Source: an uncultured Actinomycetota bacterium
GTDB taxonomy: Bacteria; Actinomycetota; Actinomycetes; Propionibacteriales; Nocardioidaceae
Assembly (NCBI GenBank): GCA_963740525.1
Contig: CAVUEG010000001.1
Span: 148,159 to 172,158 of the forward strand
Direction: 5' to 3'
Length of the DNA stretch: 24,000 nt
Shown here: positions 14,654 to 22,247 of the stretch, piece by piece
How the letters are laid out: every line of letters starts with the position of its first letter
How positions within the stretch are numbered: the first letter of the stretch is position 1
The notes under the pieces: model-generated
Databases searched by the model: none
What the model saw: the letters and a program-made list of their open reading frames with translations, nothing else
Told to the model about the DNA's origin: nothing
Made by a program: the position numbers and the translations under genes

Positions 14654-15621
14654 CTACTCGGTGTACGTCTCCAGCAGCTCGTCCGCGGCGGCGTACGGGT
14701 CGGTCTCGCCGCGCGAGACCTTCTCGGCCAGGACGTCCAGCTCGGTGCGGAGTGGACGTCGCCCCACCGCTCGCGCAGGGCGGTGACGGCGATCGCCTCG
14801 ACCTCGTCCCTGGCTCGCCGGGTACGCCGCTTGGCGAGGTTGCCGGAGGACTCCAGCCACTCCCGGTGCCGGTCGATCTCGGCGACCACCTCGGCCACAC
14901 CCTCGCCGGTCTGCGCGATCGTCTTCACGATCGGCGGGTCCCAGGAGCCTTCGGTGCGGTCGGCCAGAGCCAGCATCGAGCGCAGCTCGCGGCGGACCTG
15001 GTCGGCGCCGTCTCGGTCCGACTTGTTGATGACGTAGAGGTCGCCCACCTCGAGAATTCCTGCCTTGGCGGCCTGGATGCCGTCCCCCATGCCGGGAGCC
15101 AGGAGCACCAGCGTGGTGTCGGCCAGACCCGCGATCTCGACCTCGCTCTGACCGACGCCGACGGTCTCGACGAGGATCACGTCGCAGCCGGCGGCGTCGA
15201 GGACCCGCAGGGCCTGCGGGTGTGGACCACGAGAGGCCGCCGAGGTGGCCGCGTGAGGCCATCGACCGGATGTACACGCCCGGTCGAGCGCGTGGTCCTG
15301 CATCCGGACCCGGTCACCGAGCAGGGCACCCCGGAGAAGGGGGAGGACGGGTCGACGGCCAGGACCCCGACCCGCCTACCGTCTGCCGCACTCCTTGACG
15401 ATCGCGGCGGTCGAGGTGGACTTGCCGACGCCGGGCGGACCGGTGATCCCGACCACGTGCGCCCGACCCGCGTGCGGTGCCAGCGCCGCCATCACCTCAC
15501 GCAGCAGCGGCGAGGCGTCCTCGACCAAGGAGATCAGCCGAGCGACGGCCCGCGCCTGCCCGGCGCGAGGTTCTCGACAGGTCGGCGACGGGTGCGGCGG
15601 AGCGGCTCCGCCGACCGCCAC
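14654..15621 (-). pseudogene. meaB: MeaB/ArgK-type G-protein chaperone of acyl-CoA mutases, interrupted by at least five frame changes
   Basis: MeaB sequence can be followed through six consecutive frame segments. (1) ...RAGQARAVARLISLVEDASPLLREVMAALAPHAGRAHVVGITGPPGVGKSTSTAAIVKE runs into TAG 15378-15376. (2) AADGRRVGVLAVDPSSPFSG covers 15389-15330. (3) GALLGDRVRMQDHALD covers 15330-15283. (4) PGVYIRSMASRGHLGGLSWSTP covers 15283-15218. (5) QALRVLDAAGCDVILVETVGVGQSEV...YVINKSDRDGA...ALRERWGDV covers 15216 to about 14750. (6) TELDVLAEKVSRGETDPYAAADELLETYTE ends at stop 14654. The GTG 15621 start is a guess. Length is 968 nt, which is 2 mod 3 and consistent with a net -1. Confidence 0.8.
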
Positions 15622-15647
15622 CGCGGCGGCCGACCAGTAGCAGCCAG

Positions 15648-16838
15648 TCAGTTCTTCGGCACGCGGAGCACGAGGGCGTCGCCCTGGCCGCCGCCACCGC
15701 AGAGCGCGGCGGCGCCGACGCCGCCGCCCCGGCGCTTGAGCTCGAGAGCGAGGTGCAGCGCGATCCGGGCACCGGACATGCCCACGGGGTGACCCATGGC
15801 GATCGCCCCACCGTTGACGTTGACCTTGTCCTCGGAGATGCCGAGCTCGCGGGCGGAGACGATGCCCACGGCCGCGAACGCCTCGTTCAGCTCGACCAGG
15901 TCGAGGTCGGCGACCGAGATGCCCTCCTTCTCGACGGCCTTGCGGATCGCGTTGGCCGGCTGGGTCTGCAGTGTGGAGTCGGGGCCGGCGACCTGGCCGG
16001 AGGCGCCGATCTCGGCGAGCCACTCCAGACCGAGCTCCTCGGCCTTCGCCTTGCTCATCACCACGACGGCGCAGGCGCCGTCAGAGATCTGGGACGACGA
16101 GCCGGCGGTGATCGTGCCGTCCTTCGAGAACGCCGGACGCAGCTTGCCCAGGGACTCCGCCGTCGTGTCGCCGCGGATGCCCTCGTCCTGCGAAACGACC
16201 AGCGGGTCGCCGCGGCGCTGCGGGATCTCGACCGGGACGACCTCGTCGTCGAAGATGCCGTTCTTCCATGCCTGCGCGGCGAGCTGGTGGGAGCGGGCCG
16301 CGAAGGCGTCCTGCTCCTCACGGGTCAGCTGGGCGGCAGCCACGTTGCAGGACTCGGTCAGGGTGCCCATCGGCTGGTCGGTGAACTGGTCGAACAGCGC
16401 GTCGTAGGCCATCGAGTCGACGAGCGCGGTGTCGCCGTACTTGAAGCCCTCGCGGGACTTCGGCAGCAGGTGCGGCGCCTGGGTCATCGACTCCATGCCA
16501 CCGGCGACGACGATGTCGTGCTCCCCCGCGCGGATCAGCTGGTCGGCCATCGCGATCGCGTTGATGCCCGAGAGGCAGACCTTGTTGATCGTGATCGCCG
16601 GGACGGTCATCGGGATGCCGCCCTTGACCGACGCCTGACGCGCGGTGATCTGGCCGGCTCCGGCCTGGATCACCTGGCCCATGATGACGTACTCGACCTG
16701 CTCGCCGGTCACGCCGGCCTTGGCCAGGGCTCCCTTGATGGCGACGCCGCCGAGGTCTGCTGCGGAGAGGTCCTTGAGGCCTCCGAGCAGTCGGCCGATC
16801 GGGGTACGGGCGCCTGCGACGATCACGGATCCGGACAT
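15648..16838 (-). CDS. Acetyl-CoA C-acetyltransferase (thiolase II), 396 aa
   Basis: The ORF is intact, with AGGAGG upstream of ATG 16838. Thiolase blocks are present: [12 protein letters not shown] (nucleophilic Cys), [20 protein letters not shown] (His) and [15 protein letters not shown] (second Cys). Confidence 0.92.
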   Translation of the reverse strand: MSGSVIVAGARTPIGRLLGGLKDLSAADLGGVAIKGALAKAGVTGEQVEYVIMGQVIQAGAGQITARQASVKGGIPMTVPAITINKVCLSGINAIAMADQLIRAGEHDIVVAGGMESMTQAPHLLPKSREGFKYGDTALVDSMAYDALFDQFTDQPMGTLTESCNVAAAQLTREEQDAFAARSHQLAAQAWKNGIFDDEVVPVEIPQRRGDPLVVSQDEGIRGDTTAESLGKLRPAFSKDGTITAGSSSQISDGACAVVVMSKAKAEELGLEWLAEIGASGQVAGPDSTLQTQPANAIRKAVEKEGISVADLDLVELNEAFAAVGIVSARELGISEDKVNVNGGAIAMGHPVGMSGARIALHLALELKRRGGGVGAAALCGGGGQGDALVLRVPKN

Positions 16839-17013
16839 GGTGCCTCCTGGCGAGCTGGGTCAGTGTCGGGGTCGAGAGCCGCGCACGCATGGCCCGGCGC
16901 CGACGACACTGGCGACGATACCCACCCGCGGGCCTCCGCCGGGAGTGGCAGGGGCCGATCCCGGGTGAGGAACAAGTCACAGTCCATGGCAGACCTCGTC
17001 GCGCTGGGTCACG

Positions 17014-17502
17014 ATGTGGCCCATGAGCCCCGAGATCCCTGAGATCCCCGAGCACCTTTTCGTGTGCATCGACCACGTCGGCGTCGCCGTACCGGACCTG
17101 GACGAGGCGATCGCGTTCTACCGTGACGCCTTCGGGATGGAGGTCGCCCACCAGGAGACCAACGAGGAGCAGGGCGTGCGCGAGGCGATGGTGCGCGTCG
17201 GCGACTCCGACTCCTGCATCCAGCTGCTGGCACCGATCGACGAGACCTCCACGATCGCCAAGTTCCTCGACCGGTCCGGCCCGGGGCTCCAGCAGCTCGC
17301 CTACCGGGTCACCGACGTCGAGCAGGTCAGCGCGATCCTGCGCGACCGCGGCCTTCGGCTGCTGTACGACGCACCGCGCCGGGGTACGGCGGGCAGCCGG
17401 GTCAACTTCATCCACCCGAAGGACGCCGGCGGGGTGCTCGTCGAGCTGGTACAGCCCGCCGGTCCCGCCGATGGCCCGGCGGAGCGGTCCGGGTCACACT
17501 GA
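17014..17502 (+). CDS. mce: Methylmalonyl-/ethylmalonyl-CoA epimerase (VOC/glyoxalase fold), ~160 aa
   Basis: The product has IDHVGVAVPDLDEAIAFYRDAFGMEVAHQETNEEQGVREAMV...LLAPIDETSTIAKFLDRSGPGLQQLAYRVTDV...RRGTAGSRVNFIHPKDAGGVLVELVQ. The start is ambiguous between ATG 17014 and ATG 17023. Confidence 0.8.
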   Translation: MWPMSPEIPEIPEHLFVCIDHVGVAVPDLDEAIAFYRDAFGMEVAHQETNEEQGVREAMVRVGDSDSCIQLLAPIDETSTIAKFLDRSGPGLQQLAYRVTDVEQVSAILRDRGLRLLYDAPRRGTAGSRVNFIHPKDAGGVLVELVQPAGPADGPAERSGSH

Positions 17503-17585
17503 GACGCTCCGCACACCCTCTCCCCACGAGGGTTACTCACCGGTATCTTTAGCCCACCCACGTCTTCGACCCCCGGGAGCACGCC

Positions 17586-18923
17586 GTGCAGCAGATCCTC
17601 GACGCCATCCTCGCTGGTGACACCAGCGCCCAGGACTTCGCAGCCCTGGAGCTGCCCGAGTCGTACCGCGCAGTGACCGTCCACAAGGACGAGGTCGACA
17701 TCTTCGAGGGTCTCGAGACCCGCGACAAGGACCCCCGCAAGACGCTCCACATAGAGGACGTGCCCCTCCCCGAGCTCGGTCCGGGCGAGGCCTACGTGGC
17801 CGTGATGGCCAGCGCGATCAACTACAACACCGTCTGGACCTCGATCTTCGAGCCGGTCTCGACGTTCGGCTTCCTCGAGCGGTACGGCCGCGTCTCCCCC
17901 CTCGGCAAGCGGCACGACCTTCCGTACCACGTCGTGGGCTCGGACCTCGCCGGCGTCGTGCTCAAGACCGGTGTCGGCGTCCACACCTGGCACCCGGGCG
18001 ACGAGGTCGTCGCGCACTGCCTGTCCGTCGAGCTCGAGGGCCCGGACGGCCACAACGACACGATGCTCGACCCCGAGCAGCGGATCTGGGGATTCGAGAC
18101 CAACTTCGGCGGCCTGGCGCACATCGCGCTGGTCAAGGCCAACCAGCTGATGCCCAAGGCCGACCACCTCACCTGGGAGGAGGCCGCCTCCCCCGGCCTC
18201 GTCAACTCGACCGCCTACCGGCAGCTGGTCAGCCGCAACGGGGCCGGGATGAAGCAGGGCGACAACGTGCTGATCTGGGGCGCCAGCGGCGGCCTCGGCG
18301 GCTTCGCCACGCAGTACGCCCTCAACGGCGGCGCGACCCCCGTCTGCGTCGTCTCGAACGACGAGAAGGCCGACATCTGCCGGAACATGGGCGCCGAGCT
18401 GATCATCAACCGCTCGGAGGCCGGGTACCAGTTCTGGAAGGACGAGCACACCCAGGACCCCAAGGAGTGGCGTCGGTTCGGCAAGGACATCCGTGAGCTG
18501 ACCGGTGGCGAGGACGTCGACATCGTCTTCGAGCACCCGGGCCGGGAGACCTTCGGCGCCTCGGTGTTCGCCGCCCGCAAGGGAGGCACGATCGTCACCT
18601 GCGCCTCCACCAGCGGTTACATGCACCAGTACGACAACCGCTACCTGTGGATGAACCTCAAGAGCATCGTGGGGTCCCACTTCGCCAACTACCGGGAGTC
18701 GTGGGAGGCGAACCGCCTGATCCGCAAGGGCATGATCCACCCCACGCTGTCCCAGGCCTATGCCCTCGAGGACGTCGGCCAGGCCGCTCTCGACGTCCAC
18801 CGCAACGCCCACCAGGGCAAGGTCGGCGTCCTCTGCCTGGCGCCCGAGGAGGGCCTCGGCGTGCGCGACGACGAGATGCGCGCCCGCCATCTGGACGCGA
18901 TCAACCGGTTCCGGGGCGTCTGA
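17586..18923 (+). CDS. ccr: Crotonyl-CoA carboxylase/reductase, 445 aa
   Basis: GTG 17586 has GGGAG 8 nt upstream. The full-length product is Ccr-like (ELPESYRAVTVHKDEVDIFEG..., AINYNTVWTSIFEPVSTFGFLERYG..., RIWGFETNFGGLAHIALVKANQLMPKADHLTWEEAA, VLIWGASGGLGGFATQYALNGGA, HQGKVGVLCLAPEEGLGV). Confidence 0.9.
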   Translation: MQQILDAILAGDTSAQDFAALELPESYRAVTVHKDEVDIFEGLETRDKDPRKTLHIEDVPLPELGPGEAYVAVMASAINYNTVWTSIFEPVSTFGFLERYGRVSPLGKRHDLPYHVVGSDLAGVVLKTGVGVHTWHPGDEVVAHCLSVELEGPDGHNDTMLDPEQRIWGFETNFGGLAHIALVKANQLMPKADHLTWEEAASPGLVNSTAYRQLVSRNGAGMKQGDNVLIWGASGGLGGFATQYALNGGATPVCVVSNDEKADICRNMGAELIINRSEAGYQFWKDEHTQDPKEWRRFGKDIRELTGGEDVDIVFEHPGRETFGASVFAARKGGTIVTCASTSGYMHQYDNRYLWMNLKSIVGSHFANYRESWEANRLIRKGMIHPTLSQAYALEDVGQAALDVHRNAHQGKVGVLCLAPEEGLGVRDDEMRARHLDAINRFRGV

Positions 18924-19092
18924 GAGGCTGCGCCCGCCGGGCAACGGTGCAATTCAGCGGATTCACCCGAATTTGTCCGGGGCGGGGATGCGTCCGGTTG
19001 CCCCATCGGAGACACTGTGGGCGTACGGGCGGCTAGCCCCGCCACTCGGGCCGGAACCGGCCGCCGCAGAAGCCGAAACGAGGAATTGCTCG

Positions 19093-20306
19093 ATGACTGA
19101 CCGCACCGGACTGTCCATCTTCGATGAGCCGCAGGACGGCGACAGCGAGCAGACGCAGGTCATCCCCCAGGTGACGTCTGGCTCGTCCTCGACGGACGCC
19201 GGGCGCACCCTCCCGCCCGCCCCGCAGCAGGGTGGAGCGGCAGGACAGTTCGCCATGGTGCGCCGTGGGTACGACCGTGACGCGGTCGACCGCCACCTCA
19301 GCATGCTGGCCGGCGAGAAGGCCGGGCTCAGCCGCAGCCTGGACGAGGCCAGGAGCCGCGTCTCAACGCTGGAGAAGCAGGTGGCCGCCCTCCAGGAGCA
19401 GCTCAAGGAGAACCAGCAGCCGTCGTACTCCGGCCTCGGAGGACGCGCCAGCGAGATGCTCCGGCTCGCCGAGGAGCAGGCCGACGACGTCATCGCCCAG
19501 GCCCAGCAGCAGGCCGAGGAGATCCGGCAGCGGGCCAACCGCGAGGCCACCCAGGTGCGCACCCAGGCGCAGAGCGACGCCGACGACATGCGGATGGTCC
19601 AGCTCACGGAGCTCGACGAGGCGCGTGCCCGGATGCTCAGCGAGGCCGAGCAGCAGAAGGGCCTGCCCAGGGCGAGGCCGACGACCTGCTGGCGTCGGCG
19701 CGCCGCGAGGCCGAGCAGCTGCGTCTCGCGGCCGAGCAGGAGACCAACGCGATGCGCACCAGCGCCCAGCGCGAGGCGGAGCAGGCCCGCGCCTCGGCCG
19801 ACCGTGAGGTCCAGGAGGCGCGGCGCACGCTCGCCGTCGAGAAGGAGCGGCTCACCCGCGAGGCGGCCGAGCACCACTCCAATGCGACCGAGGAGACCGC
19901 CCGCCTCGTCGCCGAGGCCGAGGAGCGCGGCGCCGCCGCCGAGCAGCGTGCCCGTGAGGCCATCGCGGCGGCGACCGCCCACCGGGAGCAGGCCAACGGC
20001 GAGGCCGACCAGCTCCTCGCCCGCGCCCGCCGGGAGGCCGAGCAGATCACAGCGAGCGCCCGCAGCCAGGCCGCGGCCCATGCTGCGGCAGGTCACGAGG
20101 AGGCCGAGCGCCGGCTCTCGGGGCTGAAGTCCGAGGTGGACCGCCTGAGCAAGCGGCGGGACGCGATCGTCGCGCAGCTCGGCTCGCTGCGAGACGTGGT
20201 CGCCGGGTTCGCCGACGATGCCTCACCCGCCTCTGCCGAGGACGACCGGGCGGCAGCGACGGCCGAGACCGACGAAGGTGACGCCGAACAGGACGACCAG
20301 GGCTGA
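19093..20306 (+). pseudogene. DivIVA-domain coiled-coil protein (~404 aa if repaired), one frame break near 19660-19668
   Basis: ATG 19093 has GAGGA upstream. The DivIVA N-terminal motif FAMVRRGYDRDAVDRHLSML is followed by long Ala/Glu/Arg/Gln coiled-coil. The frame-1 reading (...MLSEAEQQKG) continues in frame 0 (AQGEADDLLASARREAEQLRLAAEQETNAMRTSAQREAEQ...) to TGA 20304-20306. Length is 1214 nt, which is 2 mod 3 and consistent with a 1-nt loss. Confidence 0.7.
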
Positions 20307-21404
20307 TGGCGACCCCGGCCTCCCGGCGCAAGCCCGCCGGGGCGCCGGCCGAGAGCCCCGGCGCTCCGGGGAGCCCCCTCCTGCGGCACTCGCCCTTCTA
20401 CATCGGGTTCATCGGTGGCGCGGGGGCCCTGCTCGCCTTCTGGTTGGGCCAGCGGATCCTCTCCGTCGGCTCCGTGATCATCCTGGTCGTGGTGGCGATG
20501 TTCCTCGCCGTCGGGCTGGAGCCCGCCGTGCAGTTCCTGGCCCGGCACCGACTAAGGCGCCCGCACGCGGTGCTCGTGGTGATCGCGGTCGTGCTCCTGG
20601 CGCTCGCGTTGTTCGTGCTCGCGATCGCCCCGGTGATCGGCGACCAGGTCAGTGCGCTCACCAAGAACGCTCCCGGGTGGCTCGACCAGCTCCAGCACAA
20701 CGGCACGATCAAGGACCTCGATGCGAAGTACGACCTGATCGCCAAGGCGAAGGACTACATCGCCAGCGGCGACCTGGCCAAGCAGGCGTTCGGCGGGGTG
20801 CTCGGCTTCGGCCTGGCAGTGCTCGGCGCGCTGGTCAACGCCTTCCTGATCGTCGTCCTGACCCTCTACTTCCTGTCGTCACTGCCGGCGATCACGAAGT
20901 CGATGGTCTCCCTGGCCCCGGCCAGCCGCCGTGAGCGGGTCACCGTCCTGACCGAGCAGATCAAGTCGAGCGTGGGCGGCTACGTCTCGGGGGCCTTCAT
21001 CGTCGCCTTCTGCGCCGGAGTGACCTCGCTGGCGTTCCTGCTTCGTCGGGCTCGGGCAGTACGCCGTCGCCCTGGCGGTCGTCGTCGCGCTGCTCGACGT
21101 GATCCCGATGATCGGTGCGACCCTCGGCGCCGTGATCGTCTCCGCGATCGGCTTCGCCACGGACCCGAAGACCGGCATCGCCTGCGTGATCTTCTACATC
21201 GTCTACCAGCAGATCGAGAACTACGTGATCTACCCGCGGGTGATGAGCCGCTCCGTGGACATCCCCGGTGCGGTGATCGTGATCGCCGCCCTCGTGGGCG
21301 CCGGGCTGCTCGGCGTGGTCGGTGCGCTGCTGGCTATCCCCACCGCAGCCGCGATCCTGCTGCTGACCCGCGAGCTGTTCGTGCGCCGCCAGGATGCTCG
21401 CTAG
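20306..21404 (+). pseudogene. AI-2E family (PerM/YhhT, UPF0118) transporter (~365 aa if repaired), one frame break near 21041
   Basis: ATG 20306 overlaps the previous stop (TGATG). The first frame gives multi-TM sequence up to ...FCAGVTSLAFL. The +1 frame continues FVGLGQYAVALAVVVALLDVIPMIGATLGAVIVSAIGF...IFYIVYQQIENYVIYPRVMSRSVDIPGAVIVIAALVGAGLLGVVGALLAIP, which is the family signature region, to TAG 21402-21404. Length is 1099 nt, which is 1 mod 3. Confidence 0.8.
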
Positions 21405-22198
21405 CGCTCCGGCTCCGGCATCGGCACGTCGGCGTACGCGGAGAGGTTGTGCGCGTTGTAGGCCGAGGTGTCCGCGGTCTCGATCGGGCCGTCCCACTCC
21501 GTCGGCAGCGGGAGGGCGACCTCCGGGGCCACCCGCTCCACGATCAAATCGAGCACCTTCTCCGCATCGCCCACCCAGAGGTGCTTCGCGCCGTCCACAC
21601 CGACGACCTCCGCCTGCGGCAGCCTGGAGAACCTTTCGCGTGCCTGCGCGGGCTGGAGGTAGTCGTCGTGCTCCGGGACCAACGCCACCACCGGCTTCCC
21701 CGAGTCGCCCCAACGAGTGAGGTCCTCGTCCTCGGAGAACCGCAGCGGGGGTGACAGCAGGATCGCGCCGTCGACCTCTGGGTCGAGGCCGTGCATCAGG
21801 ACCAGGTCCGTGCCGAAGGACCAGCCGAGCAGCCAGATGTGCGGCAGCCCGTGGAACTCGGCGTACTCCAGCGCGGCGGCCACGTCGAACTTCTCGCCCT
21901 GGGCATTGTCGAAGGACCCCTCCGACGTGCCCTGCATGCTGGAGGTCCCGCGGGTGTTGAACCGGAGCACCGCGACCCCGGCCAGGGCGGGCAGGCGGAA
22001 GGCCGCCTTGCGGTAGACGTGGCTGTCCATCATCCCGCCGTGGGTGGGCAGCGGGTGCAGGCAGACCAGCGTGGCCACGGGGTCACGACCCTCGGGCAGT
22101 GCCAGTTCGCCGACCAGCGAGAGACCGTCCGCGGTCTCCAGCGTGATCGCTTCGCGACGCGCCGGGAGCACGGAGTTCGCCCTGATCCTGTGTGCCAT
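21401..22198 (-). CDS. Alpha/beta-fold hydrolase, 265 aa
   Basis: ATG 22198 starts MAHRIRANSVLPARREAITLETADG.... The nucleophile elbow is GWSFG (GxSxG), preceded by the HPLPTHGG oxyanion region. The longer ORF-track start at 22441 overlaps the dehydrogenase gene and was rejected. Confidence 0.7.
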   Translation of the reverse strand: MAHRIRANSVLPARREAITLETADGLSLVGELALPEGRDPVATLVCLHPLPTHGGMMDSHVYRKAAFRLPALAGVAVLRFNTRGTSSMQGTSEGSFDNAQGEKFDVAAALEYAEFHGLPHIWLLGWSFGTDLVLMHGLDPEVDGAILLSPPLRFSEDEDLTRWGDSGKPVVALVPEHDDYLQPAQARERFSRLPQAEVVGVDGAKHLWVGDAEKVLDLIVERVAPEVALPLPTEWDGPIETADTSAYNAHNLSAYADVPMPEPER

Positions 22199-22247
22199 GA
22201 GGTCATTCTCGCGGACGGCAGTCACGCCCCGGCCGCCGGGCCACGGC

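Noticed and set aside
15556-15589. Two further 1-nt deletions in the meaB N-terminus that would give VADLVENLRAGQARAV
   Set aside because: The alternative is attractive but not required. The frame from GTG 15621 (…PSPTCREPRAGQARAVARLISLVED) is open and joins the conserved region without any hop. I therefore counted only the five breaks that are forced.
16861-16913. 8-bp inverted repeat CAGTGTCG / CGACACTG in the divergent thiolase-mce intergenic region
   Set aside because: It is too short to stand out from chance in this composition. I could not identify convincing -10/-35 elements around it.
15477-17042. 521-aa plus-strand ORF opposite thiolase and meaB
   Set aside because: It is a GC-shadow ORF with an Arg/Gly/Asp/Ala-rich translation. 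The thiolase on the other strand is unambiguous.
17029-17052. Tandem 9-nt repeat (cccgagatc cctgagatc cccgag) encoding PEIPEIPE at the mce N-terminus
   Set aside because: It is short, in-frame and located in a probably disordered N-terminal tail. It may be a trivial slippage duplication, and the start codon choice is itself uncertain.
18932-18942. GCCCG-c-CGGGC palindrome just after the ccr stop as a terminator
   Set aside because: A 1-nt loop is sterically impossible, the alternative foldings are very short, and there is no U-tract.
17301-18944. 547-aa minus-strand ORF opposite ccr
   Set aside because: It is a GC-shadow ORF antisense to a full-length Ccr, and its composition is low-complexity.
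18988-19092. In-frame upstream ATG (18988) as an alternative start for the DivIVA-like gene
   Set aside because: About a third of the third codon positions in 18988-19092 are A/T, unlike genuine coding sequence here. ATG 19093 has a GAGGA ribosome-binding site.
21401-21404. CTAG shared by the convergent stops of the AI-2E gene (TAG) and the hydrolase gene (TAG on the minus strand)
   Set aside because: It is a neat 4-nt overlap, but it is a trivial consequence of the palindromic CTAG and gives no evidence of function.
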